Shown here one piece after another: positions 39,661-50,278 of a stretch of 64,000 bases of DNA. Each line of letters starts with the position of its first letter. The first letter of the stretch is position 1. A program made the translations under genes and the position numbers. Source of the stretch: Azolla caroliniana (Eukaryota; Plantae; Polypodiophyta); the NCBI GenBank assembly GCA_043228905.1, contig JBHGNT010000012.1, positions 9,300,001-9,364,000 of the forward strand. The letters are read 5' to 3'. Below the pieces are notes generated by a model. It searched no databases. It had not been told where the DNA came from and saw nothing but the letters and a program-made list of their open reading frames with translations.

Positions 39661-40830
39661 TCGGCAAGTTCCATGTTGTGTGACTGCAATGAACTGTTGT
39701 ACTGGCTCTAGTCTCAGTTCTTGCTCCCCCAGAGCCATTGTATGTCCTTTTAACCATTGTCGAGTTCTTCATCCATTGAGTCAGCCACATTGGGTAGCTA
39801 CTTCCCAAGCTATTCTAACCATTTTCGACAGGATCCGTGTTGTGTGAGTGCAGCGAACTGTTGTACTAGCTCCGGTCTCAGGTCTTGCTTCCCCCTGAGC
39901 CATTGTGCAAGCGGCTCTTGTTTCTCTGGTGTTTGCCCCAGTCGGCGTTCTTCTTGTTGGTGCTTCCCTAGAAGAACCGGTGATGTATGTCCTTTTAACT
40001 CTGGTTCCGGTTGAACCGTCTTCACTGTTGTTGATCTTCCAGCTGGCTCCTTCTATGGTCTAGTCTCCACCACCGTCGAGCGGGGAATCGGTGTACTGTC
40101 CTTCTTTGGACCCGATCGTTCCCCCTGCTGCTCATTGTCGCGCTTCCTTGGGCAATGCTAGAGGGTTTCGATTGGTTCGTCTTCACCCTCCTCTCTAGCT
40201 GTTTCCTGATTTTACCCTATGTATTAGTTCCTCCGTTTACCCTATGTATTAGTTCCTCCGTTTACCCTATGTATTAGTTCCTCCTGGTCTCTTTCATGGC
40301 GGCGTAACTTAATCTTCATCGGCTTGGCTGTTTTCTCTAGAACTTGTTCGGTCGTTTCTTCTCGCCGAGATTCCGGAACTAGTTCGACCCTCCAGGACAA
40401 TTCCCCTATTGTCCATCCGGGCGTTTTTTCGGCTTGATGGCATGGGTCGGTGGTAACACTACCGTAAGCCATTGTGCTAATCCGCCCCATGCCTTCTTTC
40501 CATCCATTACCACAACCACTGGCCAATCCACTCTGAGGCCTTCGAATTTGGCGATGATGAAGCTGGCCCTGTTCTTCGGCATGGTGAGTGGTCATGGATG
40601 AACAAATCGGCATTCGAACAGCACTAGAGCCACTTCCTGGAATAGGAGATTTTCGTTGCCCTATGTCTAGTACGACTTGCTTGCTATTGACAACTCCCCA
40701 ATATAATTGGTCAGTATTTCTGCTTCAACCACCTAGATGAATCCCTCAAGGTCGTGCTTGTTAAGCTAATCCCTAAAGGCTTTTGATAGTGCGATAGATT
40801 CTGTATTTTCTTCGTCAACTTCGTTGCTAC
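39661..40830 (-). pseudogene. Decayed orphan homologue of the B extra ORF
   Basis: Reads LSKAFRD*LNKHDLEGFI, MPKNRASFIIAKFEGLRVDWPVV, AQWLTVVLPP and PMKIKLRR, against LSEAARKWFRQHGLDGFL, MPKNRAGMIIATYEGIKVDWPVL, AQWITLLVPP and PVKITIRR in B. Confidence 0.85.
40211..40284. repeat. 25-bp tandem repeat x3
   Basis: TTTACCCTATGTATTAGTTCCTCCG repeated three times. Confidence 0.95.
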
Positions 40831-40861
40831 AGGTGGGTGCTTGTGCTTTGTGAGAGTCATG

Positions 40862-40929
40862 ATATAACAAGACTCGAACCCATGACCTTATGTTAGATGG
40901 GTCGAGCTCTTGACCATTACACTATCTAT
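40862..40929 (-). other. tRNA-like or SINE-head relic with Pol III A and B boxes
   Basis: Minus strand TAGTGTAATGG ... GGTTCGAGTC at tRNA-like spacing. No intact cloverleaf. Confidence 0.55.
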
Positions 40930-41331
40930 TGTAATACATAAGATATTATTTTTATTTAACTTTTACTATAGAAAATTAATGTATATTCCAGATTTCTCTG
41001 GAACATTCGAGAAGCTTCAAGACTACTCATGAGAACACTATAAAAGGAGGCACAAGGCATTATTTCGAACCAAATCGGTTCAACGCCAGTCTTAAGCCTC
41101 CTAGCCTTCCTTGTATATTCTTCTCACATAATATATCATTGTCATCATCATTTTCTCTCCCTCGATCTCTCACTCTCTCTCTCTCTCTCTCCTTCTCTCG
41201 AGTGTTCTACACCCTCTATTCCTCTTAGTACTAATATTCCTCTCTTAGTACTAATATTCCTCTCTTAGTACTAATTTCTTCTCTGTCTCAGTACTATTCC
41301 TAATAGTTTCAACCGATTTCCCTCCTTCCGT

Positions 41332-41704
41332 TGTCGAGGTATTCCTCGCGGATGCGTGGAATGAGGCGGGACCTCGGGGGTCCTGTACCGAAGAGCAAGA
41401 GAAAAAGGAGAAGAGACCCACTACGTGCGAGAGTAGATTCACAGGGACACGGCCCTTCGACACAAGGACGCGAGTGGGACAGCGACACAGAGAGACACGA
41501 ATGTATGTGTGTATTAACAAAGAAAAACGACAAAACACGATGTCGGATACAACCGAACAAGCCGGCGAACAGATGCCGATACCTGTTCGTAAACACACAG
41601 GAAGGAAGGAGTAGGTTGGAGGTGCTGCCAGAAGCACTCGGGCATTCCTCAGAGCAGCGCGAGCCTCCCGAAACCTGCACAAAAGGAAGCTATGGAGCTT
41701 GCGA

Positions 41705-41742
<38 letters not shown>

Positions 41743-44700
41743 CCCTCGCGCACAAACCGACAGCACTTCGTCCTCGACTCTCCGCGATCCCGCGCCCCTC
41801 CTCGTCTCCCTCCTTTTATAGGCAAGAAAGGAGCCGTTTCCCCTTTACTTCCTACCTACCGAATCTGCCTGCCTAGGATCTCCTGTGGACAACATTCGAG
41901 AAGAGTCGGTTCCTACGCTCCTGTGCACCGATTCCGCTTGTGGACGGTTTTCTTCACGACATCCGCCCCCACCTAACCGCGCATCCACCGGCCTGCGCCA
42001 AATTGAGTTGGGACGGAGAAAACCGGTCCAGCCTTCATTCCCCGCTCGTCAGTTCTTCCTCGGTTTCGGATCGTTCGTCGTCGCGGTCCAGGTCAACCGG
42101 ATCCGGCTCGTCGTCGTGACGCTTCTTGAACGCTTTGATCCGCTTCCCCACTACCGGTATCGCCATTCTCGTACCGTCGAGTTCCGCTAGATGGTACGTC
42201 CCGTTGTCGTTGGCGCTTTGTACCACGTAAGGCCCAAACCACCTTCTTGCGAACTTCCATGTCGCTCGGTGCTGGTTGTCAAGGCTGTTGTCGTAGAGTA
42301 GCACCCAGTCGCCTTCCTCGATCTTCTTCGGTCGGAGCCGGTGCGTTCGGTCGAACCGGGCTTTGTTCCTCATCCTTGCTTCCCGAAGCTTTTCCGCAGC
42401 CTGCTCCACGTCCTCCGGTCTTCGCTCGAGCTGTCGTATACGCGCCGCCAGCAGTTCCTCCCTGCTCATCTCGTCTCTCCAGTCCACGGTTGCCCACGAG
42501 GAGATCGTACGTTCCATCGGCATGACCGGCTTCTGCCCAAACATGAGTTCTGCCGGCATGAATCCGGTTACCGAACTGTGCGTAGTTCGGTCCGCCCACA
42601 ACGCGTAAGGCAGCAGCCGCAGCCAGTTCCCGACTTGACCTCCGCATGCCCGAACTAACGCCTTGACGATCGGTCCGTGTCCGCGCTCCACCTTCCCTTT
42701 CGCCTCCGGATTATACGCAGTGGTAAGCGAGAGCTTGACTCCTAGCCGGTCGAACAGCTCCTCGGCCTCTTCGGCATCCAACTCCCCGCGATCAGCCACG
42801 ATCTTCCCGACGCACCCATACCGGCATATCACGTCCTCAATCAGGAACCGACATACGGCCGAGGTCGTTTTGTTCTGAAGGGCCCGGCCTTCTACCTGGT
42901 TCGTCAGATCTTCCCGAGCCAGGACCAGATACCGCATTTGTCCTACTCCCATCGGCATCATCACCAGGTCTACCATCCATTTGAAGTGGATGGTCGGAGG
43001 GTACGTAGGGTGAAGCTCGTCCCGATGTCGGACCACGGAGTGCATCTAACAGCTCTCGCAAGTCGTCACGAACCGATTCACATCCCGGTACAGTCCCAGC
43101 CACCAGTACTTCCCCTTTATCTTCTCGAACGTGGCCCACGTTCCACGGTGTCCAGCCCAAGGGCTGTCGTGGTAGGCCGTCAGCAACTCCTCCTGTTCTT
43201 CCTTCATCGCCACCACCCGGAGCGGGACGTCGTTCCTCTTCTTCGGGTGCTTCCATAAGTATCCGTCCCGGAGAAAGAATCGGTAAGCTTTCTTCCGGAT
43301 CCGGTTGGCCTCGTCCTTCGTCCATGACGCATCCGGCGTCATTGTCCTCAAAAATCCCCCGATCTGGAGCCACTCGCCATCGTACCTGCTCTCGTCGAAG
43401 TCGTTAAGTGCCGGAGTGCTCGTCCCATCGGTTGTTACGTACGCCGCCTCGAAGAAGTTCACGCCGACTTCTTCGTCCTCTGAAACCATGCCGCCCTCGT
43501 CATCAAACCTTTATTGTCGTATTTGTCGGCCTTTACTGCCGAAACGATACCCCAGAGTTCGCGTTTAACCTGGGCGTACCCTCGCTGTCGTTCACTGAGA
43601 ACCTTCGCGCCGAATCGGATCGGGAACCGAATGCCGTTCTTGTCCTCTTGGTTGACGACCCATCCGATCCCGGTCGGACTCGTATCCACTGTTATGTATA
43701 CCGGGGTACCCTTCCCGTAGACAGCCTTCCGGAGCGCCGGTGCTGCCGCAAGAGCTTCCTTCAGCTTCCGGACTGACTCCGTGTGCTCGTCTCGCCACTC
43801 GAATTTTCGCGCTTTCTTCAGCAACCCGTATAGCGGCTCCGCAACGTGGGCGTAATGCGGGATCCATATGTAGTAGAACGTGCATGCCCCCAAGAACCTC
43901 TGAACTTCCGTAACCGAGCTACAATCGGTCTTCATCGCGGAGATGGCTTCTACCTTTGCCAGAGATGGCTTCCGGCCATAAGGTCCACATAGGTGTCCGA
44001 CCACCAGGATTTCCGATTGCCCGAAGGCTGATTTCTCCCCGGAGAAGGTGAGCCTCGCATCCTCTAGCCTCTGTAGCACCTTCTCGCAGTCGTCGATGTG
44101 TGTCGCCACGAATCGCCGGCATCCGTCCGGCCTGACTGTCTCGTCCTTCTCCTCCACCGGGCACCCCTTGATCGGGATGTCGTCTAGAAACGGCATGGTG
44201 ATGTCCGGGATGCAATCCCTCAATACCTTGTTCATTGCATTCACCATGTGGGCTACCGAGTTGGTCCCTCCTTGTGGCAGGGTACACATTCGCACTAGGC
44301 CGAGGGGGGTTCGCATCGTCGTAATGTCTCTACTCTCCACGGCTAGCTGGAACTGGTCGTACCCCGAGTACAGATCACCGACCAAGTAAATCGACCTTCC
44401 GGCGAAGGCCTCTGCGAACTCGTCTATGGTCGGTCTGATTCCTGCGTTCCGAATGGTCACTCCGTTGACCGGCTGCAGGTCCTGAATGAAGCGCAATGTT
44501 CCGTTTTTCTTTGGTACGGTAAACCATCGGTTCGAGTATGGGGCACTCGACGGTTCGAGAATGCCCATATCGACTTTTTGCCTCAATAGCTCCATCAACT
44601 TCGGGATGTGGGCTCTCGGTACTGGAATCGGCTTGAGATTCCACGGCACATGTGGTACCGTGAATATCACCATCGGCTCCACAATCGTCGGGTCTACGCA

Positions 44701-47700
44701 CCCGATCTCTTCCGGCGAAAACGCGAAAGCTTTCCCGTGCCTTCCGAGCATTCTCCGAAACCGGTCTTCCTCCGCCGGTAGTAGGAACCCGCCCCCACCG
44801 ATCTTGAGCTCCCGGAGCGTCCCGTCGGTGAAGGTGTGTCCTATGCAGGCCGGATCTCGTAAACTGGGGTCCGACGCAACCCCTCTGATTCGGGACTCGC
44901 TGCCCTCCGGTAAGGATGCCGCGACGGGCCTTACCTTCCGGTCCACAGTCTTGTACTTCGTGCTAACTCGGGCCGTCCGATCCGACCCGAGCCCCCGACT
45001 GAAGTTCGCGATGACTTTGTACATCTCTTCAGAACATACCGGAATCGTCCGGTCTTCATTAAGGTCTTCTCCGGCTACCTCCCCCAGCATTCCCAAGGTG
45101 TCGTCGAAGGAGACCGCCTCCACGGCTCCGCTGATTTCCTCGTCCGGGCTGAGAACTCCGCACGCTCGAAGTCGCACTTCCGCCCTTGTCTTTTCTCGGC
45201 CGACGATGCCGACTATCATACACCCTCCGTTGTTGGAGAAGCAGAATTTCCTACTTATCGTACAGGGTTCCTTCGGTTTCGGTTCTATCGTACAGTCGTG
45301 GGGTCTTTCCCGAGTGTCCGGGCTGTCTCGGCCCCATGCCTTGGCAGCCCTCTCTAAAAATCCTCCCGGTTCTCGCCACCGAGGGATTCGCGGTTTCTCT
45401 CGTGGTTCGGCCGCACCGTCAGAAATTGAACCGAATGGCGCCCGTCCTGGCTTTTGACCCTCGCGTAGGCCGAACCGTTGTCCAGCACCTTGGTCTCCAT
45501 TCGCGCCGCCGTGATGTACGGTTCCCCTAATATGACCGGGTGCGAGGACGTCTCCTGTACGAAGAAGTGCTGGTCAATCTCGACGTCGCCGATCTTGACT
45601 CGCACGTTCGGGCAGGCCCCGTGCAGTTCCTCGGTGGCGCGCGTCGCCGCCCGTATCTTCCACCCGTGCTTGGTGTTGATCGGCCACTTTCCCTTCTTAT
45701 AGAAGTCCATGGACATCAGGTTTATTTCCGAACCATGGTCCACCAATGCCACCACCGGTTCCTAAACATCTCCGATCTTTACCGGGGTCTCCGTGGTCGC
45801 TCGGGCCCAGTGCGGCCTTGAATAGTGGCTCTCCACCCACTCATCTTTCAGCGCCATGTCGTCGATGTGCGTCGTCCGCACCTCCACCGGTCTTTCCGGT
45901 TCCGTCTCCGTCGACAGCCTCTTCCGTTTCACCAGGTCCACAATGGAGTCGTGGAACTCCCTCTTTGCGATCCCTAGCACCTCTCGCAATGACAGCTCCA
46001 CTTTGCTGTCGAGGATCCGTTCTTCTAGGACCTTTCGTAGGTCCGTAGTCCTTTCTATTTCCGTCCCCAGTCGGTATCCGCCCTTCCTGGGGTTATCTTG
46101 CGCGCTGGACCCACCGGCATCGTTCCGTCGTTGCCCGAATCGGGTCTCGTACCGTTGTGAGGGCCCGGCCGCTCCGGCTTTCCCCACTCGTTTGTCTTCT
46201 ACCAGAGCCTCGTAGTTCCGGCAGGCGGCTTCTACGAAGCCCGTCTTCTCCTCGACCGGATCACTCCACCCAGTTATTTCCCGGACCCGTCTCTCAGCGC
46301 GGTCCGTTTCATCTTTCCTTAGCCGTGCGCCGGCAAGACCTTCCAGCATTGCCAACCAGAATCCGTCTTTGCCCTCTGTTCGGGCCTCGCTGCCCCCGAC
46401 CCGAATTCCGGCCGACGCCGAGTAGTGGATGGCCTCTACGTGTCGGGCCGCTGCCTCTTCCATCAGTCTCTTCATACCTCCTCGCCCGTCGTTTCGGTTC
46501 AGGGCCTCCTGGTGTCGCCGGCGTGCACCCGGCCTTCCCACAGGTACACCACCCGGTTCCTCAACGCCTCTGCGAAATCGCCGCAGTCCTTCCGAATGTG
46601 GCCGACCTCGCCGCACCACATGCGCCTGTTCCCCGCTGTCAGCCGTCCGTCACAAGCCGGTTCGCCGCCTTCCCTTCGAGTCTGGGCGATCTGGAGATCC
46701 TTTATCGCCCGCGTCAACTCCTCCAGCGCTGCTCCTCCGGACGAGCCATTGACCATGCCAGTCGAAGCCGGACCAGTTTCGAGCCATTCCCGGGTTTCTT
46801 CCCTTCGCACTTGCGGTGCCGGTTCAAGCCTCCTTGCTGTGACAGAGCCCGCACCGGCCGCCCCGTTGTCAGCCCATTCTCGCCGTTTGTCGAAACGGCC
46901 ACAGACTCTCTTAACCGCAGCCCAGTCGGTTGTCAGCCCGTCTTCGGTTTCCACCAAGGAGCCGACTTGATCTCTGTCCCGCTCGTCCACCGACTTGACG
47001 AACAATAGGACCCGGCTCGTATCCAGAACGGTTCGGTCAAGCGCCGAAAGGCGCGCAAAGCGTTCTTCGAACTCCCGGAGGAGTGCCGACACCCATTCCA
47101 TGAAGTCCCGTTTCGAAAGCCGGAGCGCGTCGTCCAGCCCGTATTTTTCTAGGAGTCGGCCTTCGAACTCTTCCCAGGTATGGCTCTCCGCCCGCACCTC
47201 GAGCACCTCCGCATGGATGCTCGGCATCACCACTCGAGGAAACCCGGCAAGACGCCTCTCTTCCGGAATGTCCCGCATCAGCATTTCTGCCCCGTAGGAC
47301 GCCAAATACTTCGTGGCATCCTTTCCGCTGAACCGGCCGATCGTACCAACGACCGCCTCAATGGCTCTGTCGAGGGCGCCGGTGCCCTCGCGTGCACTCA
47401 ATATCCGATCCACGGCCGAAGCCATGGCCTCTACAAGATCCGACCCCTTCATCTTCTGCTCTTCTGCCGCCTCCTTCACGTCGGGTTCACCAAAGATGTC
47501 GAGGTATTCCTCGCGGATGCGTGGAATGAGGCGGGACCTCGGGGGTCCTGTACCGAAGAGCAAGAGAAAAAGGAGAAGAGACCCACTACGTGCGAGAGTA
47601 GATTCACAGGGACACGGCCCTTCGACACAAGAACGCGAGTGGGACAGCGACACAGAGAGACACGAATGTATGTGTGTATTAACAAAGACAAACGACAAAA

Positions 47701-47869
47701 CACGAAGTCGGATAAAACCGAACAGGCCGGCGAACAGATGTCGATACCTGTTCGTAAACACACAGGAAGGAAGGAGTAGGTTGGAGGTGCTGCCGGAAGC
47801 ACTCGGGTATTCCTCAGAGCAGCGCGAGCCTCCCGAAACCTGCACAGAAGGAAGCTATGGAGCTTGCGA

Positions 47870-47903
<34 letters not shown>

Positions 47904-48122
47904 CCCTCGCGCACAAACCGATAGCACTTCGTCCTCGACTCTCCGCGATCCCTCGCCCCTCCTCGTCTCCCTCCTTTTATAGGCAAGGAAGGAGCCGTTT
48001 CCCCTTTACTTCCTACCTACCGAATCTGCCTGCCTAGGATCTCCTGTGGACAACATTCGAGAAGAGCCAGTTCCTACGCTCCTGTGCACCGATTCCGCTT
48101 GTGGACGGTTTTCTTCACGACA
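41332..48122 (-). mobile_element. Gypsy element D (tRNA-Trp / DHG-protease lineage)
   Basis: LTRs 41332-41961 and 47497-48122 (TGTCG...CGACA). 4-bp TSD CCGT. PBS TGGTGAACCCGACGTGAA at 47475-47492. PPT GGTGGGGGCGGA. Confidence 0.96.
42035..47452 (-). pseudogene. pol: D gag-PR and RT-RNase H-IN, several lesions
   Basis: ALVDHGSEINLM, RT GDLYSGYDQ/PFLDDIPIKG, RNase H ITVDTSPTG (about 0.2 kb deleted at ~43510), IN HHCC and KIVADRGE...GKVER, GPY motif. Confidence 0.94.
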
Positions 48123-48211
48123 CCGTCTCCTCCTTTCCTCCTCTTCCTTATATCTTCTTACATATCCCCTTTTTTTCCCTTCATATTAATCCTCTTATCC
48201 TCCCTAGTATA

Positions 48212-50048
48212 ATGGAAACTATTGGCGCTCAGGAATACCAATCTGTTTTCTCGGAGCTCCAGTGCTTAAAAGAGAAATTTGTAGCACTAGAACAAGAAAA
48301 TCACCGTTTGTTGGGGGATCTTCAACAAATAGCATTGGAAAAACAACAACATGGGGAGCTGACGTTACGTGTACAACAACTTGAAGCGACTATTGTATCA
48401 CTACAACAATAAGGATCAAGCACTCAAGGGATTCACAAAGAACCCAAGATCGGTCTTCCTGCAAAATTTGATGGGACTCGATCATAGTTTAGAGGTTTTC
48501 GGAATCAAATACATTTAGTGATTCAAATGCATCCTTCTCGATATCCCACCGATGCACCACAAGTGGGACTAGTAGGCACTCTACTTAGTGGCTCAGCATT
48601 GGCATGGTTCGCTCCATTGTTAGAAAAGGAATCTCCATTACTAAACAATTTTGAAGAATTTATAAGTGAGTTTAAAGCCTGTTTTGGAGATACTAACAGC
48701 ATAAGGACATCAATCAACAAAATCTGACGATTACGCCAAGGTGATCGTCCAACCTCCGCATACGCTGCAGATTTCCACCTACTCACCGCCGATATTCTTT
48801 GGGATGATCAAGCATTGATGGAGAAATTTCATTATGGTTTATGCAATGATGTCAAGGATTTACTCTTGACCTTCCCCGAAGAACCAAAGTCATTAACAAA
48901 AGCAAGCAGTCGCGCGGTGAGATGCGACAACCGCCTTTTCGAATGACGTTTGGAACAACAATTCCAAATGCCAAGGGCAAGATCAGAGCCCACCTACGCC
49001 TCAGTGGTAGCGAAACCTTTTCCGAGGGAGGCATATAATGCGTCTCTCCAGTGAATACTCCAATTCCGATGGAGATTGACACTACACGTCGTCGCGGACC
49101 ATTATCGGAAGAAGAAAAGCAACAACGTCAAGCAAATCGACTATGTCTTTGTTGTGGTGGACCATGGCATATTGCAGTAAATTCTCCCCATAGACCAAGA
49201 AGACAGATAAACCAAATAGTTGCTAGTTCTAATTGTACTAAACCTCAGTCTATTTCAGTAGGAATATTACTAATAGCCCAAATCTAGCGAACAAATTTGA
49301 TGTTCTTCGTCAGTTAGAAGAAGAATTACACGACTAAGTCTAGCCAAAATAGGAGCCCTTTGGTTGGACAACCCTAGATCTGTGCAGCCCATTAGTGGTT
49401 CCATTCCCTCTAAGCAAGTTAGCAATTTGTTCGTAGCCCAAGTAACAGTTAGTACTAAAGGTACCCCTCCAGTCCATGTCTTAGCAGTTCTAGATTCCGG
49501 AGCTAATTCTTGCTTCATGGATACGAATCTTTCCCAAGCTCATCAGATATCTCTCAGAAAACTCTCATGTCCAGCCTCTGTAGTAGTCATTGATGGTCGT
49601 CCCATTGCTTCCGGAAATATCATAGAAGAGTCAGTGCCCGTTAATATTGTCCTAGATAATCTAGCGTGTGTAGTATCATTTAATATAATTAGTATCCCAG
49701 AACATCCCATTGTTTTAGGATTACCATGGTTTGAATTACATAACCCAGACATAGATTGGAGAACAAGAGAAATCCGGAATCGACAAGCCCAAGGATCTAC
49801 TCATAAGATTGCAACCATTTCGCTACATCAGTTGCGGGAAGAAGGACGCAAGGAAGAAATGTTTCTCTTCAGAATATCCGTAAAACCCTCCGACACCACT
49901 AAAGAGGAGTCCACCGTTCAACTTCCAAAGAAGTATCATCATTATGCCGATGTGTTTGATAAAGTACAAGCCAATACGCTTCCTCACCATCGACCGTATG
50001 ATTACCCCATCGATTTACAACCGGGAAAAGACCCACCATGGGGATCGA
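48212..50048 (+). pseudogene. gag: G gag-protease, PEG10/sushi/Tcn1-type capsid
   Basis: PAKFDGTRS...LLSGSALAWF...PIPMEID...LCLCCGGPWH, PR VLDSGANSCFM, LGLPWFELHNPDIDW, LPHHRPYDYPIDL. Multiple stops. Confidence 0.9.
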
Positions 50049-50112
50049 TGTCGTATTGTTACGCTCACGCGTAGGGAATAAGGCGGGACCGCGGGGGCCC
50101 TGAACCAAGGAA

Positions 50113-50147
<35 letters not shown>

Positions 50148-50278
50148 CTCGCAGAAACATAGAGAGACAGAAAATGAAAGAATCGAATCCAATAACAATA
50201 TAGATTACAGAGCTCGCAATGTTACAACCGGCAAGCCGGCGACAGACTCAACACAGACAAACACCTGCACTGAAATTG
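50049..50278 (-). repeat. Truncated LTR, probably the 3' LTR end of H, fused by deletion to the protease of F
   Basis: TGTCG start and AGGCGGGACCGCGGGGGCCCTG resemble the D LTR. It interrupts G at PPWGS, then switches to F coding sequence at ~50278. Confidence 0.75.

Larger units (their letters stand above)
40930..50048 (+). mobile_element. Tcn1/sushi-like Gypsy element G (5' LTR, gag, PR), interrupted by D and then by the H/F/E nest
   Basis: Putative LTR 40930-41305 with TATAAAA at 41039 and a 20-bp internal repeat at 41221-41275. No tRNA PBS. The leader resumes at 48127. Confidence 0.82.

Noticed and set aside
41251-47924. Long ORFs over the D LTRs and antisense to pol (e.g. 41331-41876, 44486-45457, 47313-47924)
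   Set aside because: These are shadow ORFs of GC-rich coding or microsatellite sequence with no recognisable domains.
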